A stretch of DNA of 64,000 nucleotides. It comes from Gammaproteobacteria bacterium (GTDB lineage: Bacteria; Pseudomonadota; Gammaproteobacteria; SURF-13). Location of the stretch: positions 12,915 through 76,914 of the forward strand of contig JACPZD010000009.1 of the NCBI GenBank assembly GCA_016195665.1, read 5' to 3'. The position numbers were made by a program, and so were the translations under genes. Below are positions 47,140 to 57,321 of the stretch, in pieces (positions within the stretch are counted from its first letter, which is position 1; every line of letters begins with the position of its first letter). A model generated the notes under the pieces. That model saw only the letters and a list, made by a program, of their open reading frames with translations, searched no databases and had not been told where the DNA came from.

Positions 47140-47186
47140 GCCTTTCCATCGCAAGGGACACAGGGGCACTATGTTATGGATATGCT

Positions 47187-47681
47187 CTAAAACTCCGGGT
47201 CCCAATCTACCCGTAAGATTCTGGCTACGGGGTCCGTCTCGCGTATCACGCTGCCCATGATATAAGGGATCAGCCTCTCGCGCTCGCCTTTAACGACCAC
47301 TACATCGTTGGCCCCGGTTTCCAGGAGATGATCCACCGTACCCAGCTCTACGCCCGTCACGGTAATCACCTTCCAGCCTATAAGATCCGTCCAATAATAT
47401 TCGCCGGGTTCGAGACGCGGCAGGCTGGAGCGTTCGACCGAAATCTCGGCGCCGACCCAGCGGCTCACCTGTTCACGCGAGGTGCAACCCTCGATCTGGG
47501 CGACGATGTTTTTGCCGTGGACTCGGCCGTCTAATACCCGCCGCATCTCCAAAGGCCCCTGCCCCACCTGTATAAACCACGGGGCATAGTCCAAAATATT
47601 TTTCTTGGGCTGGGTGTATGAGTACACCTTCAACCAGCCGTGTACACCGTAGGGCCCGATGATGCGCCCTACCGGCACCAT
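47187..47681 (-). CDS. rimM: Ribosome maturation factor RimM
   Basis: MVPVGRIIGPYGVHGWLKV; trimmed to ATG 47681. Confidence 0.9.
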   Translation of the reverse strand: MVPVGRIIGPYGVHGWLKVYSYTQPKKNILDYAPWFIQVGQGPLEMRRVLDGRVHGKNIVAQIEGCTSREQVSRWVGAEISVERSSLPRLEPGEYYWTDLIGWKVITVTGVELGTVDHLLETGANDVVVVKGERERLIPYIMGSVIRETDPVARILRVDWDPEF

Positions 47682-47701
47682 TGGGGAATCCGGCGGTGTA
47701 G

Positions 47702-47944
47702 TCAGGCGCTGTGTTGCTTGATGAGGCCAGCCACCCGTTCGGAGGTCTTCGCTCCCTTGGATAGCCAATAATCCACCCGTTCCTTCTGCACCAAAAAACC
47801 CACCTCTTGCCCCGCCGCAATCGGGTTATAAAAACCTACCCGCTCGATATAACGGCCGTCACGCTTGTTACGGCTGTCGGTGACGACAATGTTGTAAAAG
47901 GGACGTTTCTTGGCGCCGCCGCGGGATAAACGAATTGTTACCAT
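47702..47944 (-). CDS. rpsP: 30S ribosomal protein S16
   Basis: [17 protein letters not shown]. Confidence 0.97.
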   Translation of the reverse strand: MVTIRLSRGGAKKRPFYNIVVTDSRNKRDGRYIERVGFYNPIAAGQEVGFLVQKERVDYWLSKGAKTSERVAGLIKQHSA

Positions 47945-48080
47945 ACTGAATCCTCTTGCCTATCATGTTGAGGCGGTTCAAAACCATGAACTGCCTCTGG
48001 TTAGCTGATTATTTTAATCAAATTCCGGCCGATAAGGAAGGCTATAAACGGGATTTGTGCCTGTTTTAGAAAGAAGGGCA

Positions 48081-48212
48081 CTTCTAAAAATAGCGGATTT
48101 TGGCTTTAGGCAAGGCGGAATTCTGCGAGAAAGCGGAGTGTACACGGCAGTACATGAGCATTTCGAGCAGAATTCCAACGCCGCATAAAGACAAAGGACG
48201 CATTTTTAGAAG
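48081..48212. repeat. Composite long inverted repeat overlapping the ffh stop codon
   Basis: Outer arms CTTCTAAAAAT.../...ATTTTTAGAAG. Perfect inner arms GGAATTCTGC (48117-48126) and GCAGAATTCC (48167-48176). Confidence 0.65.
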
Positions 48213-49558
48213 CGCCCAGGAATACGGCCTTTTAGGCCGCGTATAAGCTTGGCCATACCGCCTTTGGAGACTTGTTTCATCATCCGTTGCATCTGTTCAA
48301 ATTGTTTCAGCATGCGGTTTACGTCCTGTATCTGGGTGCCGGAGCCTGCGGCAATGCGGCGCTTGCGGGAACCCTTGATGAGATCCGGCTTGTGCCGTTC
48401 CTGGGGTGTCATCGAATTGATCATCGCCTCCAGGCGTTGGGTTTCGCGGTCATTGATCTGGCTCTTCACCGCCTCCGGGACATTGGACATGCCGGGCAGC
48501 TTGTCCATCAGACCCGCCATGCCACCCATCTTGCGCATCTGGCGCAGTTGATCGCGGAAGTCCTCCAGATCGAAGCCTTTGCCCTTCTTGAGCTTGGTGG
48601 CGAATTTCTCGATGTGCTGATGATCCACAGTGTGCTGAGCCTCCTCGATGAGGCTCAGCACATCACCCATCCCCATGATGCGCGAGGCGATGCGGTCGGG
48701 ATAAAAGGGCTCCAGGGCCGTGGTCTTCTCACCCGTGCCCAGAAACTTGATGGGTCTGCCGGTGATGTGCCGGATCGAAAGCGCGGCGCCGCCGCGCGCG
48801 TCGCCATCGGTCTTGGTGAGAATCACACCGGTCAGGGGCAAGGCGGCGTGGAAGGCGGCGGCGGTATTGGCGGCGTCCTGACCGGTCATGCTGTCCACCA
48901 CGAACAAGGTCTCCACCGGCAGCAGTGCCGCATGCAGACGGCGGATTTCATCCATCATATCGGCGTCTATGTGCAAACGCCCCGCGGTGTCTACAAGCAA
49001 TACGTCCAGCAATTGTTTGCGCGCGTGTTCCAACGCCGCTAGCGCTATCACCACCGGATCTTGGGAAGCATCGCTGGAAAAGAAATGGACGCCGACATCC
49101 CCGGCCAGGACTCGAAGCTGCTCGATGGCGGCCGGGCGGTAGACATCGGCGCTCACCACCAACACCGACTTTTTCTTGCGCTCCTTGAGCCAGCGCGCCA
49201 GTTTGGCGACGGTGGTCGTCTTGCCGGACCCTTGCAGACCGGCCATAAGAATCACCGCAGGGGGCGGGACATGGAGATCCAGTTCTTCGTTCGACTCGCC
49301 CATCACCCTGACAAGCTCGTCGTGCACGATCTTGATGAGCGCCTGACCGGGCGTCAGGCTCTGCATGACCTCCTGGCCCACGGCGCGCGCGCGCACATGC
49401 TCCACAAACTCACGTACCACGGGCAGGGCGACATCCGCCTCCAGCAAGGCCATGCGCACCTCGCGCAGGCTGTCCTTGATGTTGTCTTCGGTGAGGCGCC
49501 CCTGTCCGCGCAGATTTTTCAGCGTGCGGGCAAGGCGATCGGTCAGGGTGTCAAACAT
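48206..49558 (-). CDS. ffh: Signal recognition particle protein Ffh
   Basis: MFDTLTDRLARTLKNLRG...GLQGSGKTT. The longer ORF-track start reads through a REP element. Confidence 0.96.
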   Translation of the reverse strand: MFDTLTDRLARTLKNLRGQGRLTEDNIKDSLREVRMALLEADVALPVVREFVEHVRARAVGQEVMQSLTPGQALIKIVHDELVRVMGESNEELDLHVPPPAVILMAGLQGSGKTTTVAKLARWLKERKKKSVLVVSADVYRPAAIEQLRVLAGDVGVHFFSSDASQDPVVIALAALEHARKQLLDVLLVDTAGRLHIDADMMDEIRRLHAALLPVETLFVVDSMTGQDAANTAAAFHAALPLTGVILTKTDGDARGGAALSIRHITGRPIKFLGTGEKTTALEPFYPDRIASRIMGMGDVLSLIEEAQHTVDHQHIEKFATKLKKGKGFDLEDFRDQLRQMRKMGGMAGLMDKLPGMSNVPEAVKSQINDRETQRLEAMINSMTPQERHKPDLIKGSRKRRIAAGSGTQIQDVNRMLKQFEQMQRMMKQVSKGGMAKLIRGLKGRIPGRF

Positions 49559-49588
49559 GAGTAATAAAGGAAACTCTGAAAAATATAT

Positions 49589-49676
49589 CGCCAACCGCCA
49601 AGGCGCCAAGGTCACCAAGAAAAAAGGCTTGAATTTGTAAAGAAAAGTCTTGGCGTTCTTGGCGTCTTGGCGGTTC
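49589..49676. repeat. REP inverted pair, GCCAAG(A/G)CGCCAAG family
   Basis: Arms 49589-49620 and 49648-49676. Confidence 0.7.
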
Positions 49677-49706
49677 AACATGCATAAATCAGAGCTTCCT
49701 AAAGTA

Positions 49707-51104
49707 TTATGGAGAAACGAGATCTTCTGAAAAACGCATTATAACCTTGAGGCCGGGGTGATTATCGGTAAGTTCCAGTTCGGCGTGATGCAACTGCGCG
49801 ACGGCGCGCACCAGGCTCAAACCCAACCCGCTGCCGGGTGTGCTGCGGCTTGTGTCCAGGCGCACGAAGCGCTCCAGCGCTTGTTGCCGCAACGCCTCCG
49901 GGATGCCCGGGCCGTTATCGGCCACGCTGATTTCAAATTTATTATTATAGCGTGCGGCTGTGATCTCGATAAGTCCGCCCGGCGGCGTGTATTTGATGGC
50001 GTTGTCGAGCAGATTGGAAAGCGCCTGCGCAAGCAACTGGCGGCTGCCGTAAAGGCTGAGGCCTTCCTGAATACGGCTGCTGAATGTATGGTTGCGATCC
50101 TCGGCGAGAGGTTGATAGAGCTCGGCGATGTCGCGCACGATAGCGCTGAGATCCACTTTCTCCCAATCATTGCGGCGTCCGCCGGCTTCCGCATGGGCGA
50201 TGCCGAGCAGGGCGTTAAACGTGTCGAGCAGCCTGTCCACCTCGGCAAGCGACTGCTCCATCACGCTGCGGTATTCCTCGACGGGGCGTTCGCTGAGTTG
50301 CGCAAGTTCCAGCCGGCTGCGCAGACGGTTGAGCGGGCTGCGCAAGTCATGGGCGATGCTGTCGGTGACCAGGCGCGTTGCGTCCATGAGCTGTTCGATC
50401 TGATCCAGCATCCGGTTGAGACTCTCCGCCAGCTCGTCGAACTCGTCGCCGCTGCCCGTCAGAGATATGCGCCGGGCGAGATGCCCGGCCATGATCGCCC
50501 GGCTGGTGCGGTTGATGCCGTCTATGCGATGCAGCACATTGCGGCTCATCACCAAGCCGCCCAGCAAACCCAGGGTAAGCGTGATGCCGAGCGCCCATAG
50601 CAGTGTGAGCAACGTGTAGCGGCGCAACTCTTCTCGCTCGTGCAGCTCACGCCCCACCACGAGGTAGTAACCGCCGGGTAAGGCAGTCGTCAATATCCGC
50701 GCCCGATGAGCTTCCTCTTCCTCATCATGATGATTGCCGTTGGCGGACAGTGCGATGCGGGACCAGCCGGCGCCAGGAGGCGACACGCCGGTCCAGACCT
50801 TTATGTTGCCGGCCAGTTGCGTTTGACCCGGGCTTGCTAAAAGATAAACACGCTCCGTTTCATCTCCCGCCGCGCCGCGGCGATCTATACTGCGGCGCAG
50901 CTCATCAAGCCCGCCCTGACGATACATATCGCGCAAGGCATCGGCCTCCGCCGCAATTCCCATATCCGTCTGCTGGTCCATATAGCGGGTGGTGGTCCAA
51001 TAAATAAACCCCAGCAGTACGGTGTTGGAGATTCCGAACAGGCCGACATACAAGAGGGTCAGGCGGAACGCTGTAGTGCGTAACAGATTTACTGAGAAGT
51101 TCAT
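49707..51104 (-). CDS. Sensor histidine kinase (2 TM helices, HAMP, HisKA, HATPase)
   Basis: H-box SIAHDLRSPL and N/G boxes LLDNAIKYTP...DNGPGIP...GSGLGLSLV. Confidence 0.88.
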   Translation of the reverse strand: MNFSVNLLRTTAFRLTLLYVGLFGISNTVLLGFIYWTTTRYMDQQTDMGIAAEADALRDMYRQGGLDELRRSIDRRGAAGDETERVYLLASPGQTQLAGNIKVWTGVSPPGAGWSRIALSANGNHHDEEEEAHRARILTTALPGGYYLVVGRELHEREELRRYTLLTLLWALGITLTLGLLGGLVMSRNVLHRIDGINRTSRAIMAGHLARRISLTGSGDEFDELAESLNRMLDQIEQLMDATRLVTDSIAHDLRSPLNRLRSRLELAQLSERPVEEYRSVMEQSLAEVDRLLDTFNALLGIAHAEAGGRRNDWEKVDLSAIVRDIAELYQPLAEDRNHTFSSRIQEGLSLYGSRQLLAQALSNLLDNAIKYTPPGGLIEITAARYNNKFEISVADNGPGIPEALRQQALERFVRLDTSRSTPGSGLGLSLVRAVAQLHHAELELTDNHPGLKVIMRFSEDLVSP

Positions 51105-51130
51105 AATTAAAGGGACACTTTCCTGCACGC

Positions 51131-51238
51131 CCCCGCCCCTTGTTTAGGGGGCGGGACAGGGTGGGGGTAAGTAAAACAGTTTTCTACTAAGGGATCACAA
51201 AGTAAGTCCAGATTGCTTACTTTGTGATCCCTTAGTAG
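51131..51238. repeat. Two strong hairpins filling the RR-HK spacer
   Basis: A GC hairpin at 51132-51139/51148-51155. A perfect 23-bp stem at 51184-51206/51216-51238 with a 9-nt loop, whose right arm covers the RR stop codon. Confidence 0.75.
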
Positions 51239-51912
51239 GCGGGCGCACGCAGGCAATATCCCGCCCCGCGCACAGTGTGCAAGAGAGGCGTAGCAAAACT
51301 TTTGTCTATCTTCTGGCGTAAGCGGCTGATGTGGACATCAATGACGTTGGTCTGCGGATCGAAATGGTAATCCCAGACCTTTTCGAGCAACATGGTGCGT
51401 GTCACCACCTGGTTGCTGTGGCGCATCAGGTATTCCAGCAAACGGAATTCCCTCGGTTGTAAATCTATGCGCTGCCCGTTGCGCGTCACGGTACGGGCGA
51501 GCAGGTCCATTTCCAGGTCTGCTACACGCAAGCGGCTGTCAACGCGGGCCTCGCTGCCGCGGCGCAGCAACGCCTCGATGCGCGCCACCAGCTCGGAAAA
51601 GGCATAGGGTTTGGTGAGATAGTCATCGCCTCCCGCTTGCAGACCCTTGACTCTGTCATCCACCTCGCCAAGCGCGCTTAGTATCAGCACCGGCGTATGT
51701 TTGCCGTTGTCACGTAAGGACTGAATCAGCGAGAGTCCATCAAGACCGGGCAGCATGCGATCAACCACCAGCACATCGTAACTTTCGGTCATGGCAAGGT
51801 GCAATCCTTCCTTGCCGTCGGCGGCAAGGTCTACGACATAACCCTGCTCCTTCAGTCCCTTGGCAAGATAGTCCGCCGCCTGCCGGTCATCCTCTATAAT
51901 CAATATACGCAT
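51232..51912 (-). CDS. OmpR-family response regulator
   Basis: MRILIIEDD...winged-helix C-terminus VRGAGYCL. Confidence 0.92.
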   Translation of the reverse strand: MRILIIEDDRQAADYLAKGLKEQGYVVDLAADGKEGLHLAMTESYDVLVVDRMLPGLDGLSLIQSLRDNGKHTPVLILSALGEVDDRVKGLQAGGDDYLTKPYAFSELVARIEALLRRGSEARVDSRLRVADLEMDLLARTVTRNGQRIDLQPREFRLLEYLMRHSNQVVTRTMLLEKVWDYHFDPQTNVIDVHISRLRQKIDKSFATPLLHTVRGAGYCLRAPAY

Positions 51913-52050
51913 GCTCTAAATAATAGAGCATAGAACATTTCGATGGAATTACCAATTGTTAATGTTGCGGCAAGGGTTAAGTAATAGGATGTCAGGCATT
52001 CTACTCCCCAGCGCTGAATGGTTCAGCGTTTACAACACTTGGAGGTAGGT

Positions 52051-52323
52051 ATGAAATTGAACAACTTGATATTGAGCGCTGCGATTGCTGCCGCATTGGG
52101 TATAATATCCGCGCCCGCGGTATTTGCAAGTGACCACGGCAAGGGTAAGGAGACGGAAAAGGCCGAATCCAGCAACGCTGCCAATCATAGTGAGAGGCAC
52201 GACACCGACAACAAAGGCAAACTGGAGTCCGAAAAGCACGATCAAGATTCTACGGATAGCGACTCCGAGAAAAACGATGACTCCGAAACGGAATCAGAAA
52301 ACTCGGCTTTAGATTCCCTGTAA
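52051..52323 (+). CDS. Secreted, very acidic Ser/Asp/Glu/His-rich small protein
   Basis: Signal peptide MKLNNLILSAAIAAALGIISAPAVFA. GGAGG Shine-Dalgarno before ATG 52051. Confidence 0.55.
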   Translation: MKLNNLILSAAIAAALGIISAPAVFASDHGKGKETEKAESSNAANHSERHDTDNKGKLESEKHDQDSTDSDSEKNDDSETESENSALDSL

Positions 52324-52347
52324 TCCCATCAGCAGCATGTTTGGAAC

Positions 52348-52380
52348 ATGCCGGGCAGTGCAAACTGCCCGGCATATTTA
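52348..52380 (+). terminator. Rho-independent terminator
   Basis: ATGCCGGGCAG-tgcaaa-CTGCCCGGCAT followed by ATTTA. Confidence 0.6.
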
Positions 52381-52387
52381 ACAGGAG

Positions 52388-53005
52388 ATGTTCATGACCA
52401 GCCGGCACAAGCCGATGCCCCAACAGTGGGACTGGGTCACCCGTTTTCTGCATTTCGGGTTGGCCATCACGGTAACTCTGCAACTGCTCAACAGCTTGGT
52501 TATTGAAAAACCCAAACCTGGACACCCTTTATCTGGATTCGAGGCGCTTATGTTTGATATACACGAGTGGCTCGGCATAACAGCTTTTGCCATCGTACTG
52601 CTGCATTGGGCGTGGAGCCTGTGGGGGTTGGGGGGCTATGGAGTACGCCATCTGCTCCCTTGGAACAGGGAGGGGCGCGCCGAAGTAGTCACGGGTCTGC
52701 GCGAGGTCTTCAAGGGAAGACTGTCATCCGGAGGCCCCAAGGACAAACTTTCCGGCCTTATTCATGGACTGGGTTTATTGGCCGTGCTAGGCGCTGCCAC
52801 CACGGGCGCCGTATTGTTCTTTTTTATGCCTGAGGACGGCAAGCTTACTATGCTCACCGGTGCAGCGAGCGAGCTGCACAAATTCATTTCCACCTTTGTG
52901 TGGATCTATTGGGGCGGCCATGTCGGCATGGGGCTACTGCATTATTTCGTCTCACGTGACGAGGCGCTACCGCGCATGTTTTCTCTTTCTCCAAGCAAGA
53001 AGTAA
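52388..53005 (+). CDS. Cytochrome b561-family membrane protein
   Basis: Four TM helices with conserved His residues (RFLHFG, IHEWLG, LLHW, GGHVG). Confidence 0.6.
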   Translation: MFMTSRHKPMPQQWDWVTRFLHFGLAITVTLQLLNSLVIEKPKPGHPLSGFEALMFDIHEWLGITAFAIVLLHWAWSLWGLGGYGVRHLLPWNREGRAEVVTGLREVFKGRLSSGGPKDKLSGLIHGLGLLAVLGAATTGAVLFFFMPEDGKLTMLTGAASELHKFISTFVWIYWGGHVGMGLLHYFVSRDEALPRMFSLSPSKK

Positions 53006-53039
53006 TCTTTATTCTAATGTTGGAAACGGTGTTGGAGGT

Positions 53040-53408
53040 TTATGAATCTTCGCGCCCCGTAGAGCCGGACTCAATATGAAAACGGTGAAGAAAGCGATGA
53101 ATGATGGGCGCAAAAAGAATCGCCGCAATCATGATAAGCGCAAGGCCGCTGTATAGCGCGTAAACACCCGCGAACACCTTGCCCGCAAAGGTCTGCATGG
53201 GAGCAAGCGGGCCCATGCCGGACAATATCATCGCCGCATTGGCAAAGGCATCCACCCAAGGCATCTGCTCGAAATGATGATAACCGAGTACCCCCACCAG
53301 TAGTGATATGAAAACGAGCAGCAGGCCTGAAGCCGTGCTGAGGATAAGCCGGCGGACGAACGCCGGCCAGGGTAAGAGCGGGTGGGTGTGGTGTTCGAAC
53401 ATGGTCAA
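53040..53408 (-). CDS. Small membrane protein, hypothetical
   Basis: 122 aa with about 3 hydrophobic helices. Confidence 0.45.
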   Translation of the reverse strand: MTMFEHHTHPLLPWPAFVRRLILSTASGLLLVFISLLVGVLGYHHFEQMPWVDAFANAAMILSGMGPLAPMQTFAGKVFAGVYALYSGLALIMIAAILFAPIIHRFLHRFHIESGSTGREDS

Positions 53409-53454
53409 TCTCGGCTAACCACTCAAATGAACAGATGCTATGCCGCGTGGTTTG

Positions 53455-54741
53455 CTATAGTTTCGTTAATACCCGATCTACCGCAGAAAGCGTTGCGTTG
53501 ATTTCGTTGTCGCCATGAGCGGCTGAGACGAAACCGGCTTCGAAGGCGGAAGGCGCGAGATAGACGCCCTCTTCCAGCATGCCGTGGAAAAATTTTTTGA
53601 AGCGCTCAACGTCACAGGCTATGACTTGCGCGAAATTGTGAACAGTGGTTTCTGCCGTGAAAAATAATCCGAACATCCCGCCTACTTGATTCGAGGTTAA
53701 AGGAACACCCGCTTTTTTTGCACGTTCTTTGATGCCGTCGGTTAAGCGCTTTGTTGTTGCGCCGAGTTTGGAGAAGAAATCGGGTTGAGAGATCAGATCG
53801 AGCGTGGCAAAGCCCGCCGCCAGCGCCACCGGATTCCCCGACAGCGTGCCGGCCTGATAAACGGGCCCCAGCGGGGCGATGTGCCGCATGATGTCTTTGC
53901 GGCCGCCGAAGGCGGCGACCGGCAGCCCGCCGCCGATGACCTTGCCGAGCGTGGTGAGATCCGGCCTGATGCTATAGAGTTGCTGCGCGCCACCCAGGGC
54001 AACGCGAAAACCGGTCATGACTTCATCGAAGATCAGTACGCTGCCGTATTCATTACACAGACTACGCAGGCCCTCTAAGAATCCCGGCAGCGGCGGCACG
54101 CAATTCATATTGCCCGCCACAGGCTCGACGATGACGCAGGCGATGTCTTTGCCGTAACGATAAAAGGCTGCGAGCGCCGGCTCAATTTCATTATAGGTGA
54201 GCGTGATCGTATGCTCGGCGAGCGCCGCAGGAACACCGGCGGAACTCGGCACCCCGAGCGTGAGCGCACCGGAGCCTGCCTTGATGAGCAGCGAGTCGGA
54301 GTGCCCGTGATAGCAGCCCTCGAATTTCACGATCTTGTCGCGCTTGGTAAAACCGCGCGCCAGACGCAGCGCGCTCATAGTCGCCTCGGTGCCGGAGCTG
54401 ACCAGCCGCACCATCTCGATGGAGGGCATCAGCGCGCAAATCTTTTCCGCCATCTCGACTTCAATCGCGGTGGGCGCACCGAAGCCCAGACTGCGCGCGG
54501 CGGCCTCCTGCACCGCCTTGACGACTGCGGGGTGGGCGTGACCGGCTATCATCGGGCCCCAGGAGCCGACGTAATCAATATAACGGTTATCGTCTTCATC
54601 AATCAGATACGCGCCTTCGCCCCGCTTGAAGAATAACGGTTCGCCGCCTACGCCACGAAAGGCGCGCACCGGTGAATTGACGCCGCCCGGGATGTGTTGC
54701 TGGGCCTGCAAAAAAAGCGCGTGCGATCGGGACGTGTTCAT
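53455..54741 (-). CDS. hemL: Glutamate-1-semialdehyde 2,1-aminomutase
   Basis: [12 protein letters not shown]...; 428 aa. Confidence 0.96.
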   Translation of the reverse strand: MNTSRSHALFLQAQQHIPGGVNSPVRAFRGVGGEPLFFKRGEGAYLIDEDDNRYIDYVGSWGPMIAGHAHPAVVKAVQEAAARSLGFGAPTAIEVEMAEKICALMPSIEMVRLVSSGTEATMSALRLARGFTKRDKIVKFEGCYHGHSDSLLIKAGSGALTLGVPSSAGVPAALAEHTITLTYNEIEPALAAFYRYGKDIACVIVEPVAGNMNCVPPLPGFLEGLRSLCNEYGSVLIFDEVMTGFRVALGGAQQLYSIRPDLTTLGKVIGGGLPVAAFGGRKDIMRHIAPLGPVYQAGTLSGNPVALAAGFATLDLISQPDFFSKLGATTKRLTDGIKERAKKAGVPLTSNQVGGMFGLFFTAETTVHNFAQVIACDVERFKKFFHGMLEEGVYLAPSAFEAGFVSAAHGDNEINATLSAVDRVLTKL

Positions 54742-54748
54742 TTTCTTC

Positions 54749-55408
54749 TCACAGTTGAAAAAGTTTTGTGTAACGGTTTGCGGCAGAGGTCACGTCCGGA
54801 TGGCCGAACAGGCCATGTATCACCGCCAGCATGTCGGCGCCCGCCTCGATGAGCGCCCTGCCGTTTTCAGGCGTGATGCCGCCGATGGCTACGATGGGGA
54901 TGGATATTTTTTTTCTGACCTCGCGTAACAAAGAGAGGTCCGCCGACACGGCATTGGGTTTGGTGAGCGAGGCGAAGAAGCGTCCGAAGGCGACGTAATC
55001 GGCGCCGGCGGCCTGCGCCTCCAGGGCACTCTCCAGCGAGTTGTAACACGACACGCCGATCAAGGCGCGCGGCCCCAGCACTGCCCGCGCCTCGCCGAGG
55101 CTCGCGTCATCGCGCCCGATATGGACACCGTCGGCGCCGACGATCCCGGCCAGAGCAACGTCGTCGTTGATAATCAAAGGCACACCGTGACGCCTGCAAA
55201 GTGCGAGCAAAGCGCGCGCCTCTTCGCTACAGCACAGCGGGTCGGGTTCCTTGGAGCGGTATTGAACAACCGATGCGCCGCCCTGGATGGCTTGTGCGAC
55301 GCGATCCATCAGATCACTGCCTATCAGGCCGGTATCGGCAATCGCATAGAGTCCACGCCATTGCGTTTTAGCATTGCCACAGCTATGCACGGTCTGATTC
55401 ATGGACAT
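54749..55408 (-). CDS. thiE: Thiamine-phosphate synthase
   Basis: WRGLYAIAD...VQYRSKE...; trimmed to ATG 55408 at the thiD stop. Confidence 0.88.
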   Translation of the reverse strand: MSMNQTVHSCGNAKTQWRGLYAIADTGLIGSDLMDRVAQAIQGGASVVQYRSKEPDPLCCSEEARALLALCRRHGVPLIINDDVALAGIVGADGVHIGRDDASLGEARAVLGPRALIGVSCYNSLESALEAQAAGADYVAFGRFFASLTKPNAVSADLSLLREVRKKISIPIVAIGGITPENGRALIEAGADMLAVIHGLFGHPDVTSAANRYTKLFQL

Positions 55409-55409
55409 C

Positions 55410-56225
55410 TCATGTGTCCTGACCTTCTTCGTTGCGCGCCCAGTACAAACGGTTCGGCAGATAGCCTCCCTTACCGATGCGATAACCGTATTTGAGTGTC
55501 TCCCAGGTATAATGTTGCGCTTCGTACACGGCGGTGAACGGTTCCAGTCCGTGCGCCAGCATGCCGGCGATGGCGGACGACAGTGTACAACCTGAACCGT
55601 GGTAGTTATAAGGCAAACGTTCCCACGTAAATGACTCGAGCCGGCGGCGATTGCCATACAGGTTATTGACGACCTCGGGGGTATCCTCGTGCGTGCCGGT
55701 GACGAGCACGAATTCGCTGCCTTGATCCATGAGTTGTTGCGCGCAGGCCTCCAGGGTATCCGCCCCGGACGCCAGCATCCGCGCCTCAAGGCTGTTCGGC
55801 GTCAACACCGTCGTCAAAGGCAGCAGCAACGAAATCATGGCGTCTTGCAGTGAACTGTCGGCCAGGGGGTGGCCGCCGCCCGCGGACAACACCGGGTCAA
55901 GAACAACAGGGATATTGGGATAATCTCTCAACAAGGTGTGTATCGCCTCGGCGTTCTCGCGCGTGCCGATCATTCCGATTTTGAAGGCGGCCGGAGGCAT
56001 TTCCTCCAGCACCGCCCGCGCCTGCTCGATCACCAGGGTTGCGCTCATGGCCGAATACTCTATGACATCATGCGTGTTCTGCACGGTGACGGCGGTGATC
56101 ACCGGCGCTGCCTGGCAACCCATGCTGGCCAGCGTTTCGATGTCGGCTTGGATTCCGGCTCCGCCGGTGGGGTCGTTACCCGCGAAGACCATCACCAGCG
56201 GCACTGCCTGTTGCTTGCTATTCAT
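55410..56225 (-). CDS. thiD: Hydroxymethylpyrimidine/phosphomethylpyrimidine kinase
   Basis: VMVFAGNDPTGGAGIQADI... Confidence 0.93.
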   Translation of the reverse strand: MNSKQQAVPLVMVFAGNDPTGGAGIQADIETLASMGCQAAPVITAVTVQNTHDVIEYSAMSATLVIEQARAVLEEMPPAAFKIGMIGTRENAEAIHTLLRDYPNIPVVLDPVLSAGGGHPLADSSLQDAMISLLLPLTTVLTPNSLEARMLASGADTLEACAQQLMDQGSEFVLVTGTHEDTPEVVNNLYGNRRRLESFTWERLPYNYHGSGCTLSSAIAGMLAHGLEPFTAVYEAQHYTWETLKYGYRIGKGGYLPNRLYWARNEEGQDT

Positions 56226-56329
56226 GTACGCGATTTTACAGCATGTTGGGGCGCTAGCAATTAAAGATGATGTCGTCCATCCATTTAGATCGAGATATAA
56301 TAGGGTAACAATAATCCTTATTGGAAACT

Positions 56330-56494
56330 ATGAAGACTTACATGTGTGTCATTTGCGGCTTTATCTACGATGAGGCCGCCGGATTGCCCAGCGAAGGCAT
56401 TCCTCCGGGTACAAAATGGGAAGACCTCCCGCTCAATTGGGTCTGCCCGGAATGCGGGGCCCGCAAGGAAGATTTTGAAATGGTGGAGATTTAG
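56330..56494 (+). CDS. Rubredoxin (54 aa; below the ORF-track size cut-off)
   Basis: Hand translation: MKTYMCVICGFIYDEAAGLPSEGIPPGTKWEDLPLNWVCPECGARKEDFEMVEI, with two CxxC pairs. Confidence 0.9.
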   Translation: MKTYMCVICGFIYDEAAGLPSEGIPPGTKWEDLPLNWVCPECGARKEDFEMVEI

Positions 56495-57096
56495 CCGCCC
56501 GTCTGACGCAACTTCCGCCACACCAGCGTGCGGTTATTGACGGGCATCTCATAGTCCTTCAGCAATATCATATCTTGCGCGTGAGCCAGGCTATCCAGCG
56601 CTTCGAAGTCCCGGATGCCGCTTGACGGCTCGCGCGCCTTGAGCCATTGATCGAAGCGGACGTTGCTGTCGCTCGTATAGCAGCCGCGATAATTGAAGGG
56701 CCCGTAAAGGGCGAACACCCCGTTGTCCTGCAAGGCCGAGCCCACACCCGCGAACATCCGTTCCACCTGCGGCCAGGACAGGATGTGCGCGGTATTGGCG
56801 CTGAACACGGCGTCGAAGCGTTGCTCAGGCCAATGCTCATCGTCCACATCCAGTCTGATCGGCGGATGCACATTGGGCAGCCGGTACTCGTCCAGCCACA
56901 TCATGATACCCGCGTGATGACCGGCGAGATCACTGGGCTGCCAAATGAGATGAGAAAGCTGCGATCCAAAATACACGGCATGCTGGCCCGTCCCGCTGCC
57001 GATCTCAAGCACGGTGCGGCGATCCTTGAATACTTCCCGCAACACCTTCAGGATCGGAACCTTGTTCTGGTCGCAAGCCTCGGAGTAGGGTTTCAT
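56491..57096 (-). CDS. DUF938-type class I SAM-dependent methyltransferase
   Basis: VLEIGSGTGQHAVYF...; trimmed to ATG 57096. Confidence 0.7.
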   Translation of the reverse strand: MKPYSEACDQNKVPILKVLREVFKDRRTVLEIGSGTGQHAVYFGSQLSHLIWQPSDLAGHHAGIMMWLDEYRLPNVHPPIRLDVDDEHWPEQRFDAVFSANTAHILSWPQVERMFAGVGSALQDNGVFALYGPFNYRGCYTSDSNVRFDQWLKAREPSSGIRDFEALDSLAHAQDMILLKDYEMPVNNRTLVWRKLRQTGG

Positions 57097-57280
57097 GGCG
57101 GTGTATAACGTATTGAGCAGCGCGGGCCGCAGACCCCACAGGTAAGGCTGCTGCTCGTTGAAAGAGAAAACGGTGATCCCAGCATAGCATAGTGCGATGG
57201 CAGCACCATCACCGTCGCGGCTCACTATAATTCCCCACCAGCCGGTACAGGCGCACATAGCGAATTTCTCGTGGCTAATC

Positions 57281-57321
57281 ATGGTTGAATATTCACCACA
57301 TAATGGTGAATATTCAACCAT
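57281..57321. repeat. Perfect 18-bp inverted repeat with a 5-nt spacer
   Basis: ATGGTTGAATATTCACCA-CATAA-TGGTGAATATTCAACCAT. The right arm ends in the ATG at 57320. Confidence 0.85.
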
